Shown here piece after piece: positions 32,256-46,493 of a stretch of DNA of 64,000 nucleotides. A program made the position numbers and the translations under genes. A model generated the notes under the pieces. The model made no database searches, was not told the origin of the DNA, and was given only the letters and a program-made list of their open reading frames with translations. Position 1 is the stretch's first letter. Each line of letters starts with the position of its first letter. Source of the stretch: Hormiphora californensis (Eukaryota; Animalia; Ctenophora); assembly GCA_020137815.1 (NCBI GenBank), contig CM035350.1, positions 1,798,001-1,862,000 of the forward strand. Direction: 5' to 3'.

Positions 32256-32916
32256 GGTAAATCTCAAAATAAAATAATCCCGATTTACAAGATTTGTGCG
32301 AAATTGAAAATCTTAAGAGAGATTTATATTACAGAACGAACTTAGAAAAATATAACAATATCCCTTTTAATATCGGAGTCAGAGAAATTAAAAAGATAGG
32401 GTCAACATCACGATTATTATTTCCATCACAAGATCAGTTCGCATTTCCTCAATAAAATCTCACAATCTCTTTATCTGTCTGTCTCCCTCTCTATATCTGT
32501 CTGTCTCACTCCCTATATATCTGTCTGTCTCACTCTCTATATTTGTCTGTCTTGTTCTCTTTCTCCGTTCCCATCTCTGTCTGATTCTCTCATCGTCTTG
32601 CTCACTTTGACTCCCACAATCTCTGTATGTCTCCCTCTCTTTGACTGAGTCTACCCCTTTCCGATGATTTTGATCAACATTATGCCGCTAAAATTACGGA
32701 GAATAAAGAGGAGGAGGTCATCCGATTAATCAGATTGGGCAAATATATTATTTCTAGCGGTTACCACGGACTGTTTACCCTTCACTTCCAAAGTCTTCTA
32801 TAGTCTTCTCTCCTCTAGCTCCCTTCTCTATCTCTATCTCACTCTCTCTCTCGCTCTCTCTCCGTCATCGTGAACCCGGTGCCGGAGTAGATAGAGAAAG
32901 AAAGGGAGAGGGAGGA

Positions 32917-32970
<54 letters not shown>

Positions 32971-33837
32971 GGTGAGCGGCGATCACGCGGTGGGTCACGG
33001 TTATAACATCCTCCTTCTGCCCCGAGCTGCAGCAGCACAACCCCCCGCCTCCTACTGCAGTCCTGCTCTGCATATGCTCCATCACCCTTTTCTCTTTTAC
33101 TTGCTGTCCCATCTTGGAGGCCACCACCGCCTTGCGTCTCACGTCGGGACCTTATCCTCCCGCGGAAATTTATTGACATGAGTTGACCTTGGTAACGAAG
33201 TTACCCCTCTGTCGAGGGGTAACAGAACCGCCTACCCGTTTTTAAGTAAATTCCTTAAAAAGTATCGCTGACACGTCCAGGCATGGCACCCCACCCCACA
33301 TTTACTATACTTTACGTAGGGCGCGATGGCACGCCAGGACATGATATGTCACTAGTCCAAGATTTTAGCCTCCGAATCTGCTGTTTTTTACCAACTTTGT
33401 CGAATTTTCACGGCCAAACTATAACTTAATTTGAATTGATTTTATCACAATTGTCCTAGGTATAGTCCACAGCACCATCTCACCGAATATGAAGTTTCAA
33501 AAACGCGATCTTCATCGAAATTCAACTTCAAAAACAGTGTTAATGATGAAATAACATCAAAATTAACATACTACACAATTCTTGAGACAATTTCATGGCT
33601 GTAGAAAAAGGATTTAGCCAAATCTGTTTTATGGTTGAGGCGGTATTAATTTTTGAAAAATATGAAACCGATTCTGTTACCCCTACATAGGGCATTGCGA
33701 TAGTAAGGCACGTTTTAGCGTGCCCGCAATGTAGGGGGAACTGCGTTACCAAGAGTTGACCTTGTACTAATCTTTCCCGCCCTTGCTATAATCATACTCT
33801 CAAGTCTCATCTTATAAATGTGCTCTAATTTATAGTC

Positions 33838-36123
33838 ATGATAGTATTATACGGGGCTCTGATTGCCCTGGTTTTCCTTGGCCAACCAGGTAACTCATTA
33901 TTCCATATATGGCATAACCACCAGATGGTTACCATGGTTACTGATTATCATAGTTACCCTGTACTTTCCAAGGTGAGACAAGGGACGCAGCGTGTGAGGC
34001 AAGATCAAGGAGGGGCCTCCCACCCGGTACACAATTCAAGATCGAGGCTAGTTGTCAGATATGTGCGTGTGATGGAGCTAATCGGTTATTCTGCACCTCA
34101 GACTCCCAATGTAAGTTCAACTTGTTTAGTAACAGGCCAGCAAAGTCCAACTAGTGTGGGTGGTAAACAGTGCTCCATCAAACTGATCCTGATATCCAGG
34201 AAGTCCTAACTCTGATATTCCTGTAGGTAAGGATCGAAAGGAGGAAGAGTACAATTCGAGGCACAGAAGACCCTGTATGATGGATGGCAGTGTGTTCAAA
34301 GACCTGGCTAAAGTCCAGAGGGACTGTAACATTTGCACCTGTAGGAATGAGACCTGGGTTTGTACTGAGGAGCAGTGTGATAACGGTCGAGGGAGGACTC
34401 CAACCAACACAGGTTTACAAGCAAAACGTCATGTAGTGACCGGGTTTACTTGGGGTTTTTTTTTGTCGTAGTTGATACGAGGTTAATACCCCACAATTTC
34501 ATTCCCAACAATAAACCCATGATCGTTTCAGGATCAAACGAGAGAGAAAGGACAAGACAAGATGAGAGAGCAAGGAACCCCGAAAGGACAAGACAAGAAG
34601 AGAGAGCAAGGAACCCCGAAAGGACAAGACAAGAAGAGAGAGCAAGGAACCCTGAGAGGACAAGACAAGATGAGAGAGAAAGGAACCCTGAAAGGACAAG
34701 ACAAGAAGAGAGAGAAAGGAGTCAGGAGAAGACCAGACAAGATACAGATCAGAGTACCAACAGGGGGTCTACATCAGAAGATCAGCGGGGAGACAGGACA
34801 TCTTCAAACAGCAGAAAACAACACAACACCCACCGAAAACACCAACCAGCAGCCGCAAAGAAGTGTGTGGACACAGATAACAGGTGTTCTGGAATCATAT
34901 CACGACGGGGTCAGGACATCTGCAACACCAACCCAGTAGTACTGAAGAGATGCCCAGAATCATGTGGGAAGTGTGAGTGTAGTGATTCAGATGACAGGTG
35001 TGGGGATTGGATTAGAAGGAAGGGGCAGGGTGTGTGCACCACTAGTAGGTATGTGGGGAGAATGTGTGACCAGAGTTGTGGGAAGTGCCAGCCTGAAGAA
35101 GAGGAGGAAGTGGTGTGTGAAGACCTGGATGCTAACTGTGCTGTGTGGGCTAAACGGGTGAATATCTGTAAGAGATACAAGTATATGGAGAAGAAGTGTC
35201 AGTTGTCCTGTGGATTCTGTACCCCTCCCCCTGGGCAGGAGGAAGAGGAGGAGGAGGAGGAGGAGAGGACTATTGAAGAGGAGGAAGAGGAGGAGCAGGA
35301 GGAAGAGAATAGGACTGATATGGAGAAGAGTTATATAGAGGAGTGGAAGGCTGATTTGGTTGCAAAAGGTCTACTTGGGGATACCCACAAACCTAATGGT
35401 AGGTAAAGCAGCCTGGTAGATGTTGGTAACATGCCAAAATTAGTGATCATCATGACAGTCATGAGTGCTATCTTGCCAACATTTTTCCAACACCTTCTTT
35501 GCCCCATCAATGTCCAACCTGCCAACTTCTTTTCCATCCTCTAATAATCTCTGGAAGTTTCTTTCCACTCACGTGTGCCAGTGCTACTTGCTAGCCGGAC
35601 ATTTCCCTTGTTGTCACCCCTTCCTCAATAAGATTCCCAAGACCTTCCTCTTTTCTTCCACCTTGCAGAACTAAACTTGGTTAGTTAGCCACTACCCTGT
35701 CCCTGTTACCAGACAATATCTAACCGCGCTCTCTCTCATGTAGACCCCCCTAGACCATACCGCTCTCTCTCATGTAGACCCCCTCTAGACCACAGAACAT
35801 CGTGTTGGAGACAATCCAAGCCACAGCTGATATTAAACCGCCATTGACCATTCTCATTTAAATTACTTCGTGTCATTCATAGCTTCTTCTATCCATCTCA
35901 GCCAATTTCTCTATCCCACCACCTAACCGCCCTAAAATAACTCCACGCCCCCTCCCTAGGTTGCCAGTTCCGATGTGGGGGCCGTGTTTACCCGTGGGGA
36001 TCCCAATTCCAAGGTGACTGTGGACTATGCACGTGCAGACTGAGAAATGGGACCCTCAACGACTACTACTTCTTGTGTTCTAGCCCCACGTGTGGGGAGA
36101 TCGCTCTTAACTGTGAGGGTTAG
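33838..36123 (+). CDS. Secreted protein: signal peptide, VWC/pacifastin-like Cys modules, 12-aa E/R repeats, three ShKT domains, poly-E, terminal VWC-like module
   Basis: Exons at about 33838-33889, 33973-34110, 34227-34412, 34532-35398 and 35960-36123, all joined in phase 1. Motifs CQICACDG..LFCT, DCNICTCRNETWVCTEEQC, CxDxxxxC...CPESCGKC (three copies), GDCGLCTC. Confidence 0.8.
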
Positions 36124-36360
36124 TTAGGCCTAGGGGATCTACTCCTTCTCTGAACACAACTCCCAACTGCCCTCTGTCTCCCCAGAGGATAAAAAACTGA
36201 AAACTCTGAACACTGTGCACGTGCTGCTCTGTCATGTGTGTCTCATATCGTGACTCGATCTGTTAATCAATAAATTGTACTAAATATACAACCAACAATA
36301 TACACACACAATCCAATATGACCCTATATATATTTTAACCAGCTGATAATATCGGTGATA

Positions 36361-39300
36361 CTACGCGACACAAATACCTAAACAGCTGCCTTGTTTCTCC
36401 ATGTTACTCGGCACCAAATCCATCGCAATCATCACCGCCTTATCGAATATCACCTTGATGTTTTTCTGCGTCACCGCTGACGTCTCAAAGTAATGGCATC
36501 CGAGATCGTATGCTAGCTGGAGCCCTGAAAAATGTTAAATCTTAGAATTTTAAATTGACATCTGGTTAAAGGCAGCTGGTAGGGTTTAGAAGAGGGATAG
36601 CGACTTTGCAGCTTGCCTTTACCACTAGTCGAGCTCTATACCAAGTCGACGCGGGTGATCAAGTTTGTCGCCCAAATAATATTTCAGCGCCAATTTCATT
36701 AAAACTTTGGTGTCGGGGTTCCTTATTTCAAAGGAATATTATTCGTTATCAGTTGGTCGTTAGTCGTTATGGTACCCTGAGTTCTAGAATCCCCCCATTA
36801 CTGAAGAACTTTTAAATTAAATTCAGCTGGGAAACTTGCCAGGATAGTTCATGGGCTTATGCAAAAATTACCAGAGCAGATAATCTCGAAGGAGGGAGAT
36901 TGATAAGGGTAAGGGAGAGAACTGAGCCGGGACGAGATTGTCTGGTCCGGTTACAGTTTCATTATGGATAACTTCAGGGGTAACTTCATGGTAGGGATCA
37001 TGAGACTCTGCTCATTTATCTGTGATCTCTACCTCAACTTCATGGTAGGGATCATGAATAAATGGGCAGAGTTAATCCGAATAACCGGCTGAACATTGAA
37101 TCGCCTGACACTATCATGTTCCGCGCTACATATGAAAAGCGGGGATATGAATTATGAACCGGCAGAATTGTAGCAAGCAGAATAATAAGCAGGAAACCCT
37201 AAGTAGCCGGATTGTTTGTAGGTTACAGTGAGTAGCCATCACTTTCTGTATAACCCTTATTAGAGCAAGCTATCACAGTCTAGTGATGATCCTAGAGGGA
37301 CGGGTAACACTTGCCCTGAAACCTCAATAACTAAACGTGTGAAGCCGAGCACGCGATAGGTTAAGTAAGTAGTTGGGAGATTAGTTAGAATAGAAAAACA
37401 GTGGGAACGCTATATATTTTCCAACTCCATGGAGTTGGAAAATATAGAGCGTTCCCACTGTTTTTCTGTTCTAACTAATCCCCTGCAACTACTTATCTAT
37501 CCTATATCATACTGAAAAAGAAGAGCAGAGCTCGAACCTATTAAAACATGGCTTGGCCTGGGCCATCCCATCCTGGCGGTAGAATTTTACTCAGAGACCC
37601 AATTGCTAAATGTGAAATGTGATCACACATACCTTGTTCAGTTTTGACATGGCTCATGGAGGTGGGGTCCCTATTATCAACTTGACATCCAACAATTATT
37701 AAAGGGGGTACATCACTTCTTCGTATCCTTCTAATCTCATTCACCCAGAACTGAAAAACAGGGGGTCAGGATTTCACCATTATATAATAAACGGGGGGGG
37801 GGGGGGGGGGCTGTTTTGGTCTGTCACCAGATCGAAATAACAGCTAAAGCAGAATGTCATGCATCGCCTGATCACTGTTATTAGGTCGTTGGGTGGTCAG
37901 AGGAACAGCCCCAAGTGAGCCAAGAACGGACATGGCAGTCAGCCAGTTATTGTACTGGACAGGGGTGCAATGTTTAGCCGTGGCACCACCCACAAGTTTG
38001 TGCAGTATTGCACCCTGTGTACCCAAAATAAACAAAAGGAAGGTGTGACGGTGTGGTCGAGTGAATACTAAACGCGTGTTATACGCAATGAACCAGATCA
38101 CCATAACTATAATCTCAGATCCATTCCGAACCAGCCACACCACACTTCAAGGGGGAGGGGGGAAGGGGTCTGTCTGGCGCCGCCGACCCCATCTGAGCGC
38201 ACTGTCGCTTTGAGAATCAAATGGGGTATGGCGCCGCCATATAGGGAAGGGTCAAGTCACTTACCCGCTCCACGTGGTGGAAAGATGCTGCATCTGAAAT
38301 GTTGAAGCAGACAATGAAAATATGGGCTTTACTGTAGAGCTGGTGCCGAACATTGGTCGTGTGTTTTGCCTGGGAAATAGGAAGATCAGGGAGTTAGATT
38401 AGGTCATATGTCCAACAATTAGAAGGGATAAAAAGAAGTATGTAATAGGTTTTAGCAGCGTTAGCCAAGAGTAGAGAAGACTGTCTGGAGTCGCCAGACC
38501 CCGTTTTGTGCGCTCAGTGCGCTCAGATAGGGTCGGCGCATCCAGAAAGAGAGAAGATGGGTTTCCCTCCTTGCTAACATACACACAGTACCAACCTGTG
38601 AGCCCCCGGTATCGTGTATAGTGACGTCTATCTGTTCCACTAACCTGTGAGCCCCCGGTATCGTGTATAGTGACGTCTATCTGTTCCACTAACCTGTGAG
38701 CCCCCGGTATCGTGTATAGTGACGTCTATCTGTTCCACTAACCTGTGAGCCCCCGGTATCGTGTATAGTGACGTCTATCTGTTCCACTAACCTGTGAGCC
38801 CCCGGTATCGTGTATAGTGACGTCTATCTGTTCCACTAACCTGTGAGCCCCCGGTATCGTGTATAGTGACGTCTATCTGTTCCACTAACCTGTGAGCCCC
38901 CGGTATCGTGTATAGTGACGTCTATCTGTTCCACTAACCTGTGAGCCCCCGGTATCGTGTATAGTGACGTCTATCTGTTCCACTAACCTGTGAGCCCCCG
39001 GTATCGTGTATAGTGACGTCTATCTGTTCCACTAACCTGTGAGCCCCCGGTATCGTGTATAGTGACGTCTATCTGTTCCACTAACCTGTGAGCCCCCGGT
39101 ATCGTGTATAGTGACGTCTATCTGTTCCACTAACCTGTGAGCCCCCGGTATCGTGTATAGTGACGTCTATCTGTTCCACTAACCTGTGAGCCCCCGGTAT
39201 CGTGTATAGTGACGTCTATCTGTTCCACTAACCTGTGAGCCCCCAGTATCGTGTATAGTGACGTCTATCTGTTCCACTAACCTGTGAGCCCCCAGTATCG

Positions 39301-39671
39301 TGTATAGTGACGTCTATCTGTTCCACTAACCTGTGAGCCCCCGGTATCGTGTATAGTGACGTCTATCTGTTCCACTAACCTGTGAGCCCCCGGTATCGTG
39401 TATAGTGACGTCTATCTGTTCCTTGTTGATAACAAGGGATGTGACGTAGGAGTAGGCCACTGTAGCCTCGTAATCTTCCGTGTAACTACCTGGGGGAGGG
39501 GGAGTTAGGAGAAGTAGTTATGATCGGAAATGAAGGGAGAGGGGACCTCAACATGTGAGTCTCTATCACATTTCATGCTGGATGTATTGTGGTACCTGTT
39601 CCATAAGCGTCTATAAGGGCAGTTTTCCCAACTTTACTGTCCCCCACTACCACCAAATGCAGTCCACTCAT
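36361..39671 (-). CDS. Atypical Rho-family small GTPase, 5 coding exons
   Basis: MSGLHLVVVGDSKVGKTALIDAYGT|GSYTEDYEATVAYSY...TIHDTGGSQ|AKHTTNVRHQLYSKAHIFIVCFNI...|FWVNEIRR...PPLIIVGCQVDNR...|GLQLAYDLGCHYFETSAVTQKNIKVIFDKA...SCLGICVA*. Confidence 0.85.
37355..37505. repeat. Loopless palindrome of about 150 bp in a Rho intron
   Basis: Centred on ttttccaactccatggagttggaaaa, with arms aaaaacagtgggaacgct / agcgttcccactgttttt. Confidence 0.9.
38593..39422 (-). repeat. 49-bp minisatellite (17 donors); unit = 3' end of Rho exon 2 + GT donor
   Basis: Minus-strand unit gaacagatagacgtcactatacacgataccgggggctcacag|gttagtg encodes EQIDVTIHDTGGSQ followed by the donor. Confidence 0.97.
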
Positions 39672-40534
39672 GGTCCTCAACACGCAATACCACGTGATGT
39701 ATATCGTTTAGCTCATGTACCAGTCTGCTGAAGAACCTGGTTTAATAATAGAGGGGGGTATTAGTAACATTCAACAAAGCTAAATAGAGTTATTGTTTAG
39801 CTTTGTTGAATGTAGAGTTGTAACTTTAGTGAGGTGATCTAGCCTCTACAAATAAATCCCTTCACAAGCTATTAGCTAGGCTGGTGTCTATTCACTATTG
39901 ATATAAAACGAACAGAGTTACCAAGATCAGGGGGTAGAACTAGAACTAGAACGTAACAGTATGTAAGAGACTAAAAAGAATATGATAAATTACATTTTAC
40001 CACTATGCAAGTAGAGTGCAGAAAATGACTTATACGGTTTAAGTGCATGCATCGTGGATAAATTAGTTGTACGGCAAAAAACTATAGTCACCCCGGCCCC
40101 TTACTCAACAACTCTACCTTCCAGTCTCACAGACATGATCGGCAATAAGATCTTGTTATAATAGGTCTCTAGCTAGGCTCGTGTCTCAATCTCGTGGACA
40201 CACGGATGGTTATGACAGTGGTTGTTATGGAAGAGAAATTTGAGAGTATCAGTGTGTGAGAGAGAATGATAGAAAATATATCAGAAACTTGATCACATAA
40301 TGAGGCCACGATGCAACCTAAAGATCTGCCAGTGCATCAAATTTGACAGCGCATGGTACATGGCATAGAAAGCTAAATTTAAGTTCTCAGATACCACAAC
40401 TAAATACTGAACTGCTGTAACTTCGGGGTGGGTACCCTGGCTGATGGGGGGATAGCAATCAAACCAAGTGACAGGTGTACACGTGTGTGTGCTTGACAGA
40501 TCACCTTCCCCCCTCCTAGAGATCATACAACCAT

Positions 40535-40598
<64 letters not shown>

Positions 40599-41889
40599 AG
40601 TCTATAATATTCAAGCAATTCGTCTGCAGCGGTGATTAAAGGTGGTCAAGGATAGAAACAGATGTATATCAGAGCCATTCGAGGGGGGGGGGGGTGGAGT
40701 TAAGCAACTAAAATAAAGACGGAAAGATAGGAATGGCCTTGTAGTTAGGAGAGGGAGAGAGTGAGAAAAAGGAAGGGAGAGAGAGAGAGTGAGAGGGATA
40801 GAAATGGAAGGGAGAGAAAGTAATGAGACTGAGAGGGATGGAAAAGGCGTACAGAAGTATGGAGAGAAAGACTAATAATCGACAGAGAAAAATATGTAAT
40901 GCTGCTGCAGAATAAGACACGGAACCTGATTTTTTTGCAATTACACGCCCCTCTCTTTTCGGGAGCTACTCTCCCCATTCTTGCTGCAAGAATCTCTCCA
41001 TACGAGCAGCAGGGAGGTCATGAAATATGGGTGAAGCAATCATTCCAGAACCATACACTAACATTCCCCTCTCTCACCGGGCTCTCACTCTCCCTTCTCT
41101 GATCTATCACAAGGAGGTATCATGTTCGTTCATCGTGTTTAACTTCGTGATCATGAAATGGAATGAGTATCATGTATGTACAATGTACATGACCCACTAA
41201 TCTACATGTATACATGGCAATGATAATGACAAGCACACTGACACATAGAGGACGGATCTGAGAAACTGAGAGAGGGGAACTGAACGGGGGAAAGAGAAGG
41301 TATGCTAGAGAAGCAAGAGCAATGCTCTGAGCATGCAATCACTGGGGAGGCCCTCTATGTTGCAGGATTATTTTCTACTTACACCATTACTACGCAAGAC
41401 ACCGATGACGGTATCGACACTATTGACACGCAAAAGGGACACACAAAATGATGAAATAGAATTGGGAACAAAGAAGCGAATTAGCTTCATTTGTCACTCT
41501 GAGCCTATCTGAATCGTTCTTAGTATCTCTACAACTCTCTTTACATCAATTAATTTCTCCATCTTTATATAATGAATCTGACAGCCAGATATTTCCCATC
41601 TCTCTATCTCTCCCTCCCCGTATCTATCTCCCAGTGCAAATCTCTCAAGATACCACTATCATGGTGATACCCTATTGTGCAGAGGTTACCAAATTATGTT
41701 TCATCTAGATTCTAGAAGAAGGGATCCAAATATGAGCTGTCAATATACAGAATATTACTCAGATGAATATATATCAGTTTCCTGGCAGAGTTTATAACAA
41801 ATGAAGAGGACAACGTTCTTTCACACACAAACACACACAACTGAGGGCGAGGAATGTTAATCGGGTTGTGTAAACAACTCAGTCAACCT

Positions 41890-41968
<79 letters not shown>

Positions 41969-42622
41969 TGGGTTGATCTAGGTGTTGTGTAAACACTAAA
42001 GAGACAGAAAAAGGTGGCAGAGAATTGAAAAGATGATAAGTCAAATAATGGGGTCAAAGGTAGGTCCGTCATTGCGGCATGGACGAAATAATATTCATAA
42101 TATCAGCCGCCTAGATGAACAATGAACATGTATCTTGTAACTTGTATCGCAATGCATTTCGTTTAGTGGGATTCGATATCAACAAGAATATAAGGGTGTA
42201 CCCTGCTAGGGCACGGAACAATAAATAGGAAATACAAAACACTCTCTCCACACAGTATAAAAATAGTTAAAAACAAACGCGGGTCTTGGATCAAGTGAAA
42301 GTTAAAAACGGCAACATAATACAATGGCATACAATGTTACCATTCTCAGTCTGTCTCTCTCTCTCTCTCTCTCTCTAACTCTCTCTAACGCAATCTTTAG
42401 ATAGGTCTGGAGTAATGGATAGTTGTGTAATCGCTCTTATAGAGTGAGGAACATCTCTCTATCTCTCTCCCCCCTCTCTCTCTCACTCTCAATATCTAGG
42501 TAGAGGTCATACACGCCTACCAAACGTAGACAAAGCAAACCGCAGAATGTAGACAACCAGAACTAAGATTTCTTTCCAAACTCACTCTTCTGCATCGCCG
42601 CGATATTCAATTCCGGATTCTT

Positions 42623-42653
<31 letters not shown>

Positions 42654-42667
42654 CAAGAACTTATATA

Positions 42668-43421
42668 GGGTAAGCTGGGGTAAAAGTGGCCCACTTTTAA
42701 CGTTTTAGGTTCTAAAATACGCAATTTATACAGCAGGAAGAAAAAAATTATATAGGCTATCCAATGAAACCTTTTCCTTTCAGCCGAGCTAAATTTTATT
42801 ATCTACAAGTTTTATTTAATGGGTTAATTAATCAATTCAAATAATTTGGTGAGGCGTTTTTTGGAAAATTTGCACCGGGGCAAAGTGGCCCAAGCCAATA
42901 GCATTGCTCGATTTTATCACGTGCCTGGTGTTGTTAGACGAAACGATCAAACTAGGGGCAAAGTGGCCCATGTTCTGCACCGGAACATGGGCCACTTTGC
43001 CCCTAATTTGATCGTCTGTACTACATTTTTGTGCATTCCAATATCACGTGGTATTGCAGGCGCCATTTCATTGGTCCTAGAGGTGGGCCACTTTGCCCCA
43101 GACCGGACCACTTTGCCCCGGAGAGTGGGCCATATTTGCCCCGATTTCACAAAATTGACAATTAAGACAACAAAAATGCCAATTTCTTCAAAAATTTTTA
43201 TACCACGTTTTAGAGAATTATAAAGCCTAACTGGCAGTTTTTGCAAAATTAAAATCGGCTAACCCAAACAGAAATGACAGCAGTTTTAAAGCGAAAATTC
43301 GGAACAGAACGAGCAGGTCTCCGCTGGAGAAAAAGTCACGTGACCACATGTAATAACTAGGGCCACTTTGCCCCATACATGGGCCACTTTACCCCGCGGG
43401 CCATTTCACCCCAGCTTACCC
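42668..43421. mobile_element. MITE with TA target duplication
   Basis: TIR gggtaagctggggtaaaa / tttcaccccagcttaccc. Internal repeated gggccactttgcccc motifs in both orientations. Confidence 0.8.
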
Positions 43422-43609
43422 TACCGCCCATGTTCCCCAGTAGCAGAGCAATATTATTGACACTGAACTGCGGAATAATCAGAGCAGTATATCCTAGGGA
43501 AACATATATATAACTATCTCTGTCTCTCTCTCGAAGCGGATTAAAAACATTTGATAAGCGCTCAACGCTCATTGCTATCCAGTTTCAAAAATCAATCAAG
43601 TATCATACC

Positions 43610-43760
<151 letters not shown>

Positions 43761-44437
43761 GTCAAACTATCAATCTATGACGCATGGAAATCAAAAATAA
43801 ATACCAAGTCTCGGCAACTCCACACTTTAAAATTCCCATGTTTACTGTTACTAGCTTGTTCTGATTATAATGCCGCGACACGTAAAATTGAAATAGTCGC
43901 GTTTACTACTACACAAGATCTGTCTGGCCGCGACAGTGCACTGATCAGATTGGGTCGGCACCGTCAGACAGTACGAGAAGTAGTAAACGGGTGTCAAAAA
44001 TCATATGCAGTGAAACTTTGTTGAAAGAACTGTTTGAAACGTCTCGGCACTCGGACGAACGGTTCAAGTAAAAGCCACCTCTTTGACTTCAAACTTCGGG
44101 GATTGTGCCTTGCTCGACCTTGTTTTGTTCAAACCCACAGAAAGTTTCCGGGAAACAGGGTCGAGCAAGGCAAGCTCGACCCTTTCTTAGCCCGCACCAG
44201 GCCACACGCCTCTTCGCTATTCTACAAACTTTGTAACAGAAAACAAAGCTGTTTTTTACGTGTATGGAGTTGAGTAAATGTCACATTCTCACACGAGACA
44301 GTTTCTTTCTTTCTCTCTCTCTCTCACAGTCACACACACACATATACACATAAAATACCTCATTTCTTACTCCCTTCCTGTATATATGCACAGGGCCGTT
44401 GATACACACACATACTGATGGGTAAACTGCAGTACTT

Positions 44438-44503
<66 letters not shown>

Positions 44504-44990
44504 AATTAGGAAAAGAGATAGGAAGATAGATAGATAGAAATGGAGAGAGAGTGGGAGAGGAAAAAGTACATTCTTTCTTGCATTGCAAGGTGCATGTGTA
44601 GTTGTGTACATTGATGTGTTTGTGTACTTTATACATGACACCGAGCTGAGAGAGGGGAGGGAGAGAGGAAGAGAGAAGAGAGAGAGAGAGAGAGAAGAGT
44701 GAGAGAGAGAGAGGGAGAGAGAGAGAGAAAGAGTAAATAAGTAAGAGAGATAAGATGAGAGAGAGCATCGTATCTTGGTAATATGCCAGGATTGAATACA
44801 CGCGCGCTAAGGCACACTCTCACTGCCTCAAGCTTAACTTTCCATACCGCCGCCTCCGTAAAATGTGCTAGTCGTGTGGTAATCTTGCAATATTGTCCCA
44901 CCCAGCTCCCTGGCGCTATGCAGCTGGCAGTGCGTCTGGCCTAGTTAGCTGGTACGGCAGCTTGTTGTACAACTGTCCATGCAATCTCCC

Positions 44991-45169
44991 TCACTCCTTC
45001 CATTGATTGTTACACGATGTATTGCAGCATTTGTAGAAGGTCGTCATTGGTTCATCTGCAGACCGGGTCTGAATCTGCATGAAGTAGGCCTTGGTGTGGC
45101 TACACTTGGGGCAATCAGCCTCTGTTGAGTCTACATTCTCCCAGGCTTCCTGTAATGAGGGAATATAAT

Positions 45170-45232
<63 letters not shown>

Positions 45233-45574
45233 ATAGAGAGAGGCATAAAGAGAAAGAGGGGAAGTGGGTATGGAAGTGTGTGTATGTGTAATGTAAATTT
45301 AAAAGGAGAGAACCAAACTGAATAAAACTAGAAGAGTTACAAACAGACAGACAAACAAACACCCAGACACAAACAGACAAACAAATAAACAGACAAACAA
45401 ACAAACCTTTCCTCCAAGCACATCATCCAATTCCTTTAACTTGTGGTACACCCTGTTAGTAATCTTCTGATCAATCTGGTGAACGTAACTGCACGTTTCA
45501 CACACAAAGTCGAGCCCAACCTCCCCCTGACCGACTGTAAGGGCGTTAGAGCAGAGTGGGCAGAATAGGAGCAT
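44991..45574 (-). CDS. POLR3K: RNA polymerase III subunit RPC10/C11, 2 exons (45574-45407, 45149-44991)
   Basis: MLLFCPLCSN...KLKELDDVLGGK|EAWENVDST...CPKCSH..AYFMQIQTRSADEPMTTFYKCC. Confidence 0.97.
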
Positions 45575-46493
45575 GCTAGGAAGAGAGAGGTAGGAGGATT
45601 AATTAGACATGTTGTTCGACACGTGCAGGGTTATCAGTGGGAGGGGGTTCTCTGGGGGTAGTACGAGGGTTTCAGAGGTTGTTTTTTGTTGTTGAAGTCG
45701 GGAGAGAGGCTTTGGTTTTCGTGGGTTAAAGAAAATAATAAATTATACTATTTTCAATGTGAAACATAACAATCGAAAATATAACTTAATAGCAAACATT
45801 ACAACTAAAAGTTCCAAACAATTCAACATTTTTCGATGATACCAGTATGTTAATTAATCTTTTCCATTCACACACTCTCTCTCACTTTCTGAGTTGGAAC
45901 TCTTAGAAAACAATCTAAGCTAAATCTAGTGCTGCAGTAGTATACGATCTCACTCCTTCTCTCACTCTTTATCTCTGTATCTCTCTGTATCTTATGATGT
46001 TTTTCACTCTGTATCTTGTTTCTTACTCTCTCTCTCGCATGGCTGTGACTTATTAAAACATGGGAGTTGTCAAACCCTAAATCTTTTTCAACGGATAAAT
46101 TTTCCAGAAAAAATACTTAAACCTAACAACACACTCTACGCTACGACATGACAGAATATTTCGAGATCGTTGAAAAAAACATAACAAACAGTCTCTCAAA
46201 AAATATTCCTCCCTTTCTCTTTCCGATGCAATGCACAGTAAAAACCCACACTTTTTAAAATCCCAAACTCTCACTCTCCCTCACTGTCTCCCTACATCTC
46301 TCGCTCTCTTCATAAGAAGGGTTTACAATCCAGGAGATTCCTTTTCTTGAAATCCTCCATGACAATGATCACCCACGAAGGATCAAAGTGTACCACACTT
46401 CATCACCATAATAATTATATACTCTCCCTCACTCTAAACCATACACACACTCACACACACGCTCTCTCTCACTCTCGGACTAAGATAAAAACC

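Noticed and set aside
35465-35674. Coding-like purine-rich minus-strand stretch in the last intron of the ShKT gene
   Set aside because: Interrupted by stops and has no recognisable homology.
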